DNA of 64,000 nucleotides, from assembly GCA_034420635.1 (NCBI GenBank), contig DAOULD010000136.1, forward strand, positions 14,372 to 78,371. The letters run 5' to 3'. Under the pieces are notes generated by a model that did no database searches, was not told the DNA's origin, and saw nothing but the letters and a program-made list of their open reading frames with translations. The DNA is from Anaerolineae bacterium. GTDB lineage: Bacteria; Chloroflexota; Anaerolineae; Aggregatilineales; Phototrophicaceae. A program made the position numbers and the translations under genes. Within the stretch, counting starts at the first letter, position 1. Every line of letters starts with the position of its first letter. Of this stretch, positions 45,136-53,632 are shown in pieces.

Positions 45136-46884
45136 TCAGCTTCCGACCGAACTGATATTGCGCGTGGAGCGCGCCAGGTTGTGCCGTACCTCGTCAACCG
45201 GTATCTCCAGCAAGATCACCAGTCGATCGGCCAGACGCCGGAATACCGGCGCGGCGACTTCGTAGCCGTAGTAATCATCAGGCCGATCCAACTTGACCAT
45301 GACGACGACTTGCGGATCGTCTGCCGGTAAAAATCCAATAAACGTCACGATGGATGAATTGCGGCCCACTTCATAGTCCAGGGCGGTTGCGATGCGCGCG
45401 GTGCCGGCCTTCCCGGCGATAGTATAGCCGGGCAGTTGCGCCGCTGGCGCCCCTTCGGCGACCGATTGCACCAATAGATCGGTGACAATACTGGCGGTCT
45501 CCTCGGAAATGACGCGGCGTATGGTGATCGCCTGCGCGTTTTGCACGCCATCTTCGGTGATCGCCTGGCGCACGATGCGGGGCTGACGCATGATGCCGTT
45601 GTTGGCGATTGCCGCAAAAGCCGTAATCATTTGCAGGGGCGTGGCCTTCATGCGCTGCCCATAGCTGTTCAGTCCCAGATAGCTTTCCGACCAATTGCTA
45701 TCGCCGGGCGTCTTGAGTTCGCCGCTTTCTTCCGCGAACAGATCGACGCCGGTAATCTGTCCCAAACCAAATGCGCGCATCATGCTGTAGAAATTGTCCA
45801 TGCCCATCTCGAGAGCGATGGTGGCGGCGCCAACATTGACGGAACGAACAAGTATTTGAGCGACGTCTATGGCGCCGTGGGTTTGGAAGCGCCGGTTCCA
45901 AATCTTGTAGCCGCCTACGTCAAGGTTTCCCTCGTCATTGTAAGTCCAGTACGGTGTGATGGCGCCTGTTTCCAAGCCTGCGGCAACCGTCAGCGCTTGC
46001 ACGATAGATCCAGGCTCAAAGTCTTCGTTGATGGACGGATTTAGCAAGAGATTAGGGTCTTCGATTTCCAAGAAGGTGTTGGGGTCCAGTTTAGGATCGT
46101 TGGCCATGGCGAGAATATCGCCGTTACGCGGATCCATGACAATGGCAGAGCCTCGGAACGCGCCCGATTCCAGAACCGCTCTTTCTAATTCTGATTCCAC
46201 CCAGAACTGGACATCCCGATCCAAGGTTAGCAGGATGTCTTGGCCTCGCTGATCGGTCGGTACATCCTCCGGCAAGTCAATCGGAACATTGCTGATGGAA
46301 AGATCCAGAACACGGCCGGCCAAGGTGTCGTTGTAGGCGCCTTCGACGCCCATCGCGCCTTTAAGCTGCTCGTCAACAACGAAGCCGATCACATGGCCCG
46401 CCAAGGGACCCTGTGGATAAAAGCGCTTCGGTATCCTTTCCAGATCAACGGAAATCTCGTCGAGGGCGGCAATTGCCTGTCCTTGGTCCGCCGAAATGGG
46501 ACCGGCGACGAACTCCCAGAGATTCTCGCTGGTGGCGCGACGATGTATCTCGAACTCATCGATATCGAGGATAAGCGCGAGTTGCCTGCTGAGGCCTAAA
46601 GCATCAGCTACCAGGCTAGGGCTGACGCCAACACGATACTGCAATGCGTTAAAGGCGAGGGGTTCGCCGTCTCGGTCATAAATCAGGCCGCGTTCCGCGG
46701 GTATCCTGCGCGTCGAACTGGTGATGGCGCTCCCTCGCCGTTCCATCTCCTGTCGGACCGAGCGCGGGAAAAACTGGAAGTTTGCCAGGTTTATCACCAG
46801 GTAACCAGCCATCACGATGAGAAAGATGATCACGAAAGGCAGTCGTGAATGGATTGTTGTCTGCTGGGAGGAAGGTCCTTGCAT
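45136..46884 (-). CDS. ftsI: Class B penicillin-binding protein (FtsI/PBP2-type) with non-canonical active-site motifs
   Basis: 582 aa with an N-terminal TM anchor, a dimerisation domain and a transpeptidase domain. FEPGSIVQALTVAAGLE sits where (Y/F)EPGSxxK is expected, RSVNVG provides SxN, and AGKAGTA sits where KTGT is expected. The dcw position between ftsL and mraY supports the call. Confidence 0.8.
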   Translation of the reverse strand: MQGPSSQQTTIHSRLPFVIIFLIVMAGYLVINLANFQFFPRSVRQEMERRGSAITSSTRRIPAERGLIYDRDGEPLAFNALQYRVGVSPSLVADALGLSRQLALILDIDEFEIHRRATSENLWEFVAGPISADQGQAIAALDEISVDLERIPKRFYPQGPLAGHVIGFVVDEQLKGAMGVEGAYNDTLAGRVLDLSISNVPIDLPEDVPTDQRGQDILLTLDRDVQFWVESELERAVLESGAFRGSAIVMDPRNGDILAMANDPKLDPNTFLEIEDPNLLLNPSINEDFEPGSIVQALTVAAGLETGAITPYWTYNDEGNLDVGGYKIWNRRFQTHGAIDVAQILVRSVNVGAATIALEMGMDNFYSMMRAFGLGQITGVDLFAEESGELKTPGDSNWSESYLGLNSYGQRMKATPLQMITAFAAIANNGIMRQPRIVRQAITEDGVQNAQAITIRRVISEETASIVTDLLVQSVAEGAPAAQLPGYTIAGKAGTARIATALDYEVGRNSSIVTFIGFLPADDPQVVVMVKLDRPDDYYGYEVAAPVFRRLADRLVILLEIPVDEVRHNLARSTRNISSVGS

Positions 46885-46901
46885 AAAAAGGGCTTCTCGC
46901 G

Positions 46902-47408
46902 CTAGCTGCCAAAGGCTTCGATTTGTTCTCGCAAAGTCGCTAGTTGCCGCTGTATCCAGCCATTGAATGTCTCATCATAGACCGGACTTGGATCCTGGTT
47001 AGCGCGCGCGCTCGCCGCTTCCGCAAAGGAATTTCTGCGCGTCGGGCTGTAGCCCTCGATCACCACATAATCTATTTCATCGTTGGTCGCCGGGCGAAAA
47101 CCGATATCTTGGGCGCGCAGTGTCAAGCGCGGGACCGTACGAAACCGGGCAATCTCTGCGATTAACTGTTCATTTGTGTATTTGAGTTCGTCACGCTGGA
47201 CAATCAAGTCTTCAATGGTTCGGTTGGTGATGGCGAAGGACGCGACCTGTGAGAGATAGATGCTGCCAAGCGCGAGCAAAATAGCGGTGCCGAGGATCGC
47301 AAGCATCGCCGCTTGATTGCGGGCATAGAAGCGTTTGCGGCTAAGCGTATGTTGAAACCAATTCTGTGCCATCTTACTCTTTTTTGATTTGCTCCCTTGC
47401 TCATGCAA
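46902..47408 (-). CDS. ftsL: FtsL-like cell division protein (single TM plus coiled coil)
   Basis: 168 aa. A basic N-terminus and the TM segment AMLAILGTAILLALGSIYL are followed by a coiled-coil-like TNRTIEDLIVQRDELKYTNEQLIAEIA. The TTG start at 47408 lies inside repeat copy A, so ATG 47372 (MAQNWFQ) is a plausible true start. Confidence 0.5.
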   Translation of the reverse strand: MHEQGSKSKKSKMAQNWFQHTLSRKRFYARNQAAMLAILGTAILLALGSIYLSQVASFAITNRTIEDLIVQRDELKYTNEQLIAEIARFRTVPRLTLRAQDIGFRPATNDEIDYVVIEGYSPTRRNSFAEAASARANQDPSPVYDETFNGWIQRQLATLREQIEAFGS

Positions 47409-47476
47409 GTAGTGTGATTACTATTTCATATGAGCGCGACATTCCTGGGACCCTTTCGCCGGTTACGCGCCCAGCG
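47399..47476 (+). repeat. ~80-nt interspersed intergenic repeat, copy A (forward on the plus strand)
   Basis: GCTCATGCAAG-22nt-GAGCGCGACATTCCTGGGACCCTTTCGCCGGTTACGCGCCCAGCG. It lies in the rsmH-ftsL spacer, antisense to the dcw transcript. Confidence 0.8.
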
Positions 47477-47593
47477 ACTATTGATTGGTCTTTCCGAACA
47501 GTTGCTCAGCCGACTGTAAGTCCAGGGTCTTGCTAAAGCCGGCGCAAACATAGTTACAAATTTATCAAAAACGCGATATTTCGCAACAGAGGT

Positions 47594-48592
47594 TCAATCG
47601 AACTTCAACTTTTCGACGACCCTCAGCTTGGCGCTACGGCTCCGCGGGTTGCTACTTAGCTCTATATCACCGGGCACGATCGGTTTTCGATTGACGAGCC
47701 TGACCAGCGCTCGCTTTTCTTCAATTGACGCCATGCCCGGCGGAGCGACAACCTCCTGCGCCAGGTCCCGGAAGCTCCGCTTGACGATACGGTCTTCCAG
47801 GCTGTGAAAGGCGATCACTGCCAGTCTCCCGCCGGGACGCAACAAGTCGACGGCGATCGGCAGCGCCTTTTCCAGGGATTCCAATTCCCGGTTAACTGCG
47901 ATGCGCAGCGCTTGAAACACCTTGGTAGCCGGGTGAATCTTCGTCATTCGCCGCCGCTTGGGGACCACGGTTTTGACAAGGCTTGCCAACTCGCCTGTGC
48001 TTCGTATCGGTCTCTGAGCTACGATAGCGCCGGCGATCTTGCTGGCGGCCTTCTCTTCCCCCAATCGAAAGAAGAGGTCGGCAAGGTCTTTCTCTGGAAG
48101 GGAGTTAAGCAGTCTTTCCGCAGTGACGCTTTCGTTCAAAGCGTCGAAGCGCATGTCGAGCGGGCCCTCGTGTCGGAACGCGAAGCCGCGCCCGGGATCG
48201 TCCAGTTGCATGGACGAGAGGCCCAAGTCCAATATGATGGCGTCGACCGCGCGCCAGCCGCGCTGGAATGCCACAGCGCGCATATCGACATAACTAGCTT
48301 GCGCGACGGTCACGCGTTCAAGATACGGCGCCAGATTGCGGCGGGCGATCTCAATCGCGGTATCGTCAAGATCAAATGCCAATACTTCCCCGGCGCCCGC
48401 TTGCAGCATGGCGCGCGTGTGTCCGCCGGCTCCAAGCGTCCCGTCAATGACTCGGTTGAGCCTCCCGTCGGAGGGGGGCGTCAGTCGAAGCAATGGCTCA
48501 ACAAGCACTGGTATGTGCGCGCTCACAAGTTGTAATCCCTTCGCGCTTGGTGAATCCAATTGTAGCTTGTTTTGCGATGCGAGCCCCCTCAT
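47594..48592 (-). CDS. rsmH: 16S rRNA (cytosine1402-N4)-methyltransferase
   Basis: 332 aa. Motifs: HIPVLVEPLL, VIDGTLGAGGHT, ILDLGLSSMQLD, AVIAFHSLEDRIVK. The true start may be internal. Confidence 0.9.
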   Translation of the reverse strand: MRGLASQNKLQLDSPSAKGLQLVSAHIPVLVEPLLRLTPPSDGRLNRVIDGTLGAGGHTRAMLQAGAGEVLAFDLDDTAIEIARRNLAPYLERVTVAQASYVDMRAVAFQRGWRAVDAIILDLGLSSMQLDDPGRGFAFRHEGPLDMRFDALNESVTAERLLNSLPEKDLADLFFRLGEEKAASKIAGAIVAQRPIRSTGELASLVKTVVPKRRRMTKIHPATKVFQALRIAVNRELESLEKALPIAVDLLRPGGRLAVIAFHSLEDRIVKRSFRDLAQEVVAPPGMASIEEKRALVRLVNRKPIVPGDIELSSNPRSRSAKLRVVEKLKFD

Positions 48593-48627
48593 TTTGCCCG
48601 CTATGTCGTTCTCCGCAACAGCGTATC

Positions 48628-50565
48628 ATGATAAAATGGTTCATGTCCCAATCGCTTGCCAATATCAGCCAAGCGCTAATGGAATACCAGAAACCACAGC
48701 ACATCGAGACCATTCTCAAGAATCTGCCCGCCAAGCCCGGCGTTTATCTTCTGAAGAACAGCAAGGGCCGGATCATCTATGTGGGCAAAGCCAAGCGCCT
48801 GCGCAATCGCGTCCGCAGTTACTTTACGACTGTCGCCGATGGCAATAGCAAGACGCTGCGCATGCGCGCGGAGGTCGATGACATTGACTTCATCATTACG
48901 GAAAGCGAAGTCAAGGCGCTGATCCTGGAAGAAACCCTGATCAAAAAGCACAAACCGCGTTTCAACATCGAGCTCAAAGATGACAAGCGATATCCCTATA
49001 TCCGCGTCAGTTGGGCTGATGCCTTCCCGAAAGTGGAAACCACCAGGCGCATTCTCAACGACGGCTCGCGCTACTTCGGTCCCTATACAGCCATGTGGGT
49101 GGTTCAGAAAACGCTAAGCGACCTGCGCAAAGCCTTTCCTTATTTGACCTGCGACCGGGACATCGACGGTCAGGACGAGCGCGCCTGCCTTTTCCACGAC
49201 ATCAAGCTTTGCAACGCGCCCTGTATCGGCGCCGTCAGCCGCGATGAATACCGCGAGATGATTCAAGAACTAATGGACGTGCTTAGCGGCAAGGCTGAGT
49301 GCGTGCAGAAACGCCTGATGCATGAAATGTTGGGCGCGTCCGAGCAACTCAACTTCGAAAAAGCCGCCGGCATCCGTGACCAGTTGAAGGCGATAGACTA
49401 CATCACCAACAAGCATAAAGCCGTTGGCAAGAACATGACCGATCACGATGTCATCGCCCTGGCTCGCGACGAGCGCGACGCCACCGTACAGATCATGTTC
49501 ATCCGCAACGGCAAGCTGATCGGCAGCGATTCGCGCGCGGTAAACAATACGGAAGGCGAATCGGACGCGGCCGTGCTGGAACAGTTCATCAGCCAGTTTT
49601 ACGCCACCAGCAGCAACATCCCGCGCGAATTGATATTGCCCAACGCAGTCGAGGAAGCGCGTATCCTGGAGCGTTGGCTCAGCGACAAACGCGCCAGCTC
49701 GAAAGTATCAATTCATGTGCCGCAGCGTGGCGACAAACGCAAATTAGTCGCGCTGGCGCAGGAGAACGCGCTGGAAAGCCTGCAAATGATGCGGGCTCAA
49801 TACGAGGCCGATACCACCAAGCACGAACAAGCGTTGGCGCAACTGCACGAAGCTTTGCGACTCCCGCGTATACCCAACCGCATCGAATGTTACGACATCA
49901 GCACGACGCAGGGCACCGCGATCGTCGCCAGCCGGGTGGTCTTTGCCCGTGGCGTGGCCCGCAAAAGCGAATATCGCCGTTTCAATATTCGTTCGGTTTC
50001 CCACGGTGGATCGGACGATTATCAATCCATGCGCGAGGCTTTGACACGGCGCTTCTTGCGTTGGAGAGACGCGGTTGAGTCGGGGCTCTCGCTGACGCCG
50101 GACGGGGTGGACAAGGCTGAAACCTGGCGCCTGCTGCCGGACCTGCTTTTGATTGACGGCGGCAAAGGACAGCTCAATGTCGCCTGGAGCGTATTAGCCG
50201 AATTTGGCTTGCGGGACCGGGTGCCGGTCGCGGCTTTGGCGAAACGCATTGAAGAAGTCTTCCTGCCCGAACAATCGCAGTCAGTGCTGCTGCCCCGCCG
50301 CAGCGAAGCGCTCTATCTTGTTCAGCGCGTGCGTGACGAAGCGCATCGCTTCGCCATCACCAGCCATCGCAAGCGTCGGCGCAAGATGAGCCTCGCCAGC
50401 CGCCTGGAGACAATACCGGGTGTGGGACCCAAACGCCGCAAGGTCTTGCTCAAACACTTTGAAAACTCGATTGACGCCATCAGAAGCGCCAGCATCAACG
50501 AACTGGCGGAGGTCAATGGCATTAACAAGGAAGTCGCTTTGGCGATCAAGAGCCATCTGGATTGA
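48628..50565 (+). CDS. uvrC: Excinuclease ABC subunit C
   Basis: The ORF track starts at 48493, which overlaps rsmH. ATG 48628 or 48643 is preferred. It has the GIY-YIG motif PGVYLLKNSKGRIIYVGKAKRLRNRV, a UvrBC-interaction region, and a C-terminal (HhH)2 domain (IPGVGPKRRKVLLKHF). Confidence 0.9.
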   Translation: MIKWFMSQSLANISQALMEYQKPQHIETILKNLPAKPGVYLLKNSKGRIIYVGKAKRLRNRVRSYFTTVADGNSKTLRMRAEVDDIDFIITESEVKALILEETLIKKHKPRFNIELKDDKRYPYIRVSWADAFPKVETTRRILNDGSRYFGPYTAMWVVQKTLSDLRKAFPYLTCDRDIDGQDERACLFHDIKLCNAPCIGAVSRDEYREMIQELMDVLSGKAECVQKRLMHEMLGASEQLNFEKAAGIRDQLKAIDYITNKHKAVGKNMTDHDVIALARDERDATVQIMFIRNGKLIGSDSRAVNNTEGESDAAVLEQFISQFYATSSNIPRELILPNAVEEARILERWLSDKRASSKVSIHVPQRGDKRKLVALAQENALESLQMMRAQYEADTTKHEQALAQLHEALRLPRIPNRIECYDISTTQGTAIVASRVVFARGVARKSEYRRFNIRSVSHGGSDDYQSMREALTRRFLRWRDAVESGLSLTPDGVDKAETWRLLPDLLLIDGGKGQLNVAWSVLAEFGLRDRVPVAALAKRIEEVFLPEQSQSVLLPRRSEALYLVQRVRDEAHRFAITSHRKRRRKMSLASRLETIPGVGPKRRKVLLKHFENSIDAIRSASINELAEVNGINKEVALAIKSHLD

Positions 50566-50574
50566 AGATTGCGG

Positions 50575-50946
50575 TCACTCCTGCGCGGAGCAATCAAAGT
50601 TTTCGGCCGCAAGAATGGCTTCCAACTGGGCGATCAGCGGACTTATATGGTTCTGTACAACGTTCCAAAGCGTGTCGAGATTAATATCGAAATAAGCGTG
50701 CGCCAGCCAATTGCGTATGGCCTTCATGCTTGACCAAGGCAGGTCGGGTTACCTGGCGCGACACTCGGGCGACACGGAACCGACGGCCTCTCCCAGAATC
50801 TCCAGCAACCTGGCCAGGATTAATTGCAAGCCTTCGTCCTTCGAAAGCGACGCTCGTGTGTGTCCCTGTGCGAATCTCTGAGCCTTCTGAGCGGCTTCAA
50901 GCGCGTGGCACAGCCTTGCGCGGTCATTCTCCCGGCTGGATTTCAA
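50575..50946 (-). pseudogene. hepT: HepT (DUF86/HEPN) toxin interrupted by one in-frame TAA
   Basis: ORF 50749..50946 ends ...LEILGEAVGSVSPECRAR-TAA (stop at 50749-50751). The same frame continues PDLPWSSMKAIRNWLAHAYFDINLDTLWNVV... to TGA 50575-50577. RNWLAHAY is the HEPN Rx4HxY motif. Confidence 0.7.
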
Positions 50947-51238
50947 AGATCAGTCTTGCTTCCTCACATACCGATTGTCGGAAATAGCGACTCAAATCTT
51001 CCGGAGTTCGCAAGTCAACTTCTCGGCCGATAATTCGGCTTAGGTCAACCATGTGTTGGAAGAAGGCCATACCCACCTGGGCCCCAGCTACATACTCCAC
51101 CAGCAAGTCTATGTCGCTTTCGGAGCGCAAATCCCCACGAAGCGCCGAACCGAAGACGGACAAACGCCGAATCGGCTGACTTGCGCAGTATTTGCGAATG
51201 GCGTCCAGGGGCAGGCCCATCGCCGTTTCAGGATTCAA
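50924..51238 (-). CDS. mntA: MNT-type nucleotidyltransferase antitoxin
   Basis: 104 aa. VFGSALRGDLRSESDIDLLVEY is the GSxxRGx(n)DxD minimal nucleotidyltransferase motif. It overlaps the hepT start by 23 nt. Confidence 0.75.
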   Translation of the reverse strand: MNPETAMGLPLDAIRKYCASQPIRRLSVFGSALRGDLRSESDIDLLVEYVAGAQVGMAFFQHMVDLSRIIGREVDLRTPEDLSRYFRQSVCEEARLIFEIQPGE

Positions 51239-51284
51239 AGCGTACCTCTCGATAACGTTATATATAGTTTAACGCAAATCGCGC

Positions 51285-52874
51285 CTATATATACAACTGA
51301 TGCACGTGACGAATGAAGTCCTGCCCCCGCAGTATCTCCATCAAGGACTCGGGAAGCGCCTCGTCAAAATTAAGCACGGTCAGCGTATTGCCGCCCGGTT
51401 CGGCGCGCCCGGTATGCCAACTGGCGATGTTGATGCCGTTTTCCGCCATCAGGGTGCCGACTCGGCCGATCACGCCGGGCTTGTCATAACTGCCCATGAT
51501 AAGCAGATGTCCGCGCGGCTCGAAGTGGATACGGTAGCTGTTAATCTGCAGGATATAGGGCTTCTGCCGGTCCAGCAGGGTCCCGGCGATGCTGATCTCC
51601 TCGCTGTCATCCAGCGTAATCTGGCAGGTGATGACATTGCTGTATTCGCTGATTTTGATGCCTTTGGCCTGCGTGATCCGCCAGCCATGCTCGGTCGCCA
51701 AAACAGGGGCGTTGACATAGCTCACCTTTTCGCCGTGTATCGGCGTTAGCAACCCCTTCAAAATGCCGACTGTCATCGGCTTGATCAGCCCGTTCATGTC
51801 CTCGCCAATGATCTCGATGGCGATGCGCCGAATGGGACCGCGAGCCAAAATGTGCTGCAAGCTGCCGATGCTTTCCGACAATTGCATATAAGGACGGGCG
51901 TCGCTGTAATTCAAGCCCGGCAGCAGCGGCATGTTGACGACATTGCGGTAGTCGCGGTCGTCCAGCGCGTCAATCACTTGCTTGACGATCTGAATGGACA
52001 GATCTTGCCGGGCTTCCGCGGTATTGTCGCCGATATGCGGCGTATGAATCACCTTATCCAAACCGATCAGGGGGCTGTTGAAGGGAGGCTCTTCGTTCCA
52101 GACGTCCAGGGCGACGCCGCCCAGGCGCCCGTCCTTTAGCGCGTCCGCCAACAGCGCTTCCTTGATGACGCCGCCGTGCGCAGTATTAATGAAGCAGGCG
52201 CCGGGTTTCATCTGGTCCAGCATGTCCGCCGTGAAGAAGTCGACGGTCTCGTCCGTGGCCGGCACATGCAGACTGACATAGTCCGCCGACCCCAGCAATT
52301 CGCGCAAGCCGACCAATTGAATGCGTTTGTCATTGACCTGCTCTTCGCGGATATAGGGATCGTTTGACAAAACGCGCATGCCGAAGGCTAAACAGAGATG
52401 CGCGACGCGCTGCCCGACCCGACCCAAACCGATGATGCCGACCGTTTTGCCATGCAATTGTTTACCGACTTGCGGTCCCCGGTCAAAAAGCCACCAGCCT
52501 TCGCGCAGGCTGTCATGGATATCGGGCAGATTGCGATTGAGCGCCAACATCAAGGTCAGCGTATGTTCGGCGGCGGCGATGGCGCTGACGCCGGGGATAT
52601 TCATGACCAGGATGCCGCGTTCTGTGGCATGATCGATGTCGATCCCGGTCAAGCCGGCGGACATACGCGCGATCAGTTTCAGGTTAGGCGCGTGTTCCAG
52701 CAGCGGCGCGTCCAATTTGAAATCGGAACGCGTGATGATGGCGGTGGCGTCGCCCAGCGCCGCGCGCACGTTGGAGGTTTTTGGCGGGACGATGATTACA
52801 TCGACATCGTCGGTCGCCTCCAGCAGGGCGATGCTCTCGGCTGTGAGGTCTGTCGCGACCAAAATCCGCCGCAT
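51285..52874 (-). CDS. serA: D-3-phosphoglycerate dehydrogenase (long form with ASB and ACT domains)
   Basis: The ORF track starts at 52967; ATG 52874 (MRRILVATD) fits the family N-terminus. It has the NAD motif GKTVGIIGLGRVGQRVA and a C-terminal ACT domain (LIMGSYDKPGVIGRVGTLMAENGINI). Confidence 0.85.
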   Translation of the reverse strand: MRRILVATDLTAESIALLEATDDVDVIIVPPKTSNVRAALGDATAIITRSDFKLDAPLLEHAPNLKLIARMSAGLTGIDIDHATERGILVMNIPGVSAIAAAEHTLTLMLALNRNLPDIHDSLREGWWLFDRGPQVGKQLHGKTVGIIGLGRVGQRVAHLCLAFGMRVLSNDPYIREEQVNDKRIQLVGLRELLGSADYVSLHVPATDETVDFFTADMLDQMKPGACFINTAHGGVIKEALLADALKDGRLGGVALDVWNEEPPFNSPLIGLDKVIHTPHIGDNTAEARQDLSIQIVKQVIDALDDRDYRNVVNMPLLPGLNYSDARPYMQLSESIGSLQHILARGPIRRIAIEIIGEDMNGLIKPMTVGILKGLLTPIHGEKVSYVNAPVLATEHGWRITQAKGIKISEYSNVITCQITLDDSEEISIAGTLLDRQKPYILQINSYRIHFEPRGHLLIMGSYDKPGVIGRVGTLMAENGINIASWHTGRAEPGGNTLTVLNFDEALPESLMEILRGQDFIRHVHQLYI

Positions 52875-52963
52875 GTGCTTCACAGCGCCAACTGCCCGGG
52901 TCGAGGCAGCTTGATCTCTTGTCTGGGCGCGGCAGTTCTGGTCGCTGCCGCCGAGCGGCTGGC

Positions 52964-53632
52964 TCAAGCGAACAAACCTTTCCTTTCGAATTCCGCCAAT
53001 ATGTCGTAGAGGCTCTCGTAAACGCGTTTGTTGATTCCGGCGAAGTCATCAAGAGTGGAATGCGACAGGTCGGGCACGGAATAACAGGTCATGCCCGCCG
53101 CCAATGCCGACAGAGTCCCGGCCGGGCTATCCTCTAGCGCCAGGCAGCGCGCGGGCGCGTAGCCCAGCTGCTCGGCGGCGTAAAGATAAATATCGGGCGC
53201 CGGTTTGCCTCGCGCCATATGCTGCGCTGAATAACGCTGCGGGATCAACCCGTCCCAACCAAGCAGATCCACAAAATGGTCGATAACGCAATCCCAGGAG
53301 CTTGAGGCGATTGCCCGAGGGATCTCTCGCTCGGCGACAAATCGGATGATTGCTTCCGCGCCCGGGCGGGGCTGAATCTTCTCCAGAGGCATCCCTAAAA
53401 TGCGCCCGGTAATCTCTTCAATGATCGCCTCGGGCGATTCGCCCACCTTGGGATAATGGCGGTGGATGATGCGCGCGAACTCATCCACGCGAACGCCGAT
53501 CGTTTGCTCGCGCACATCTTCGGCATAGGTATAGCCAGCGCCTTCAATCATTTCGATCTCCGCCTCGTGCCAAAGCGGTTCCGAATCGACCAGCAGCCCG
53601 TCCATATCGAAGATTATCGCGTCGAAACTCAT
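52964..53632 (-). CDS. HAD-IA family hydrolase (beta-phosphoglucomutase or sugar-phosphatase-like)
   Basis: 222 aa. Motif I is IIFDMDGLLVDSE, motif II is IASSS, and motif III is KPAPDIY...LEDSPAG. Its start overlaps the upstream gene's stop (ATGA). Confidence 0.75.
   Translation of the reverse strand: MSFDAIIFDMDGLLVDSEPLWHEAEIEMIEGAGYTYAEDVREQTIGVRVDEFARIIHRHYPKVGESPEAIIEEITGRILGMPLEKIQPRPGAEAIIRFVAEREIPRAIASSSWDCVIDHFVDLLGWDGLIPQRYSAQHMARGKPAPDIYLYAAEQLGYAPARCLALEDSPAGTLSALAAGMTCYSVPDLSHSTLDDFAGINKRVYESLYDILAEFERKGLFA

Noticed and set aside
48493-48627. An extended uvrC start at 48493 overlapping rsmH by 100 nt on the opposite strand.
   Set aside because: The first 45 codons have no similarity to UvrC N-termini. 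The GIY-YIG domain begins about 30 aa after the ATG at 48628 or 48643.
50749-50751. Programmed recoding (selenocysteine or pyrrolysine) at the in-frame stop in hepT.
   Set aside because: The codon is TAA. Sec uses TGA with a SECIS element and Pyl uses TAG. A nonsense mutation or a base-call error is the simpler explanation.
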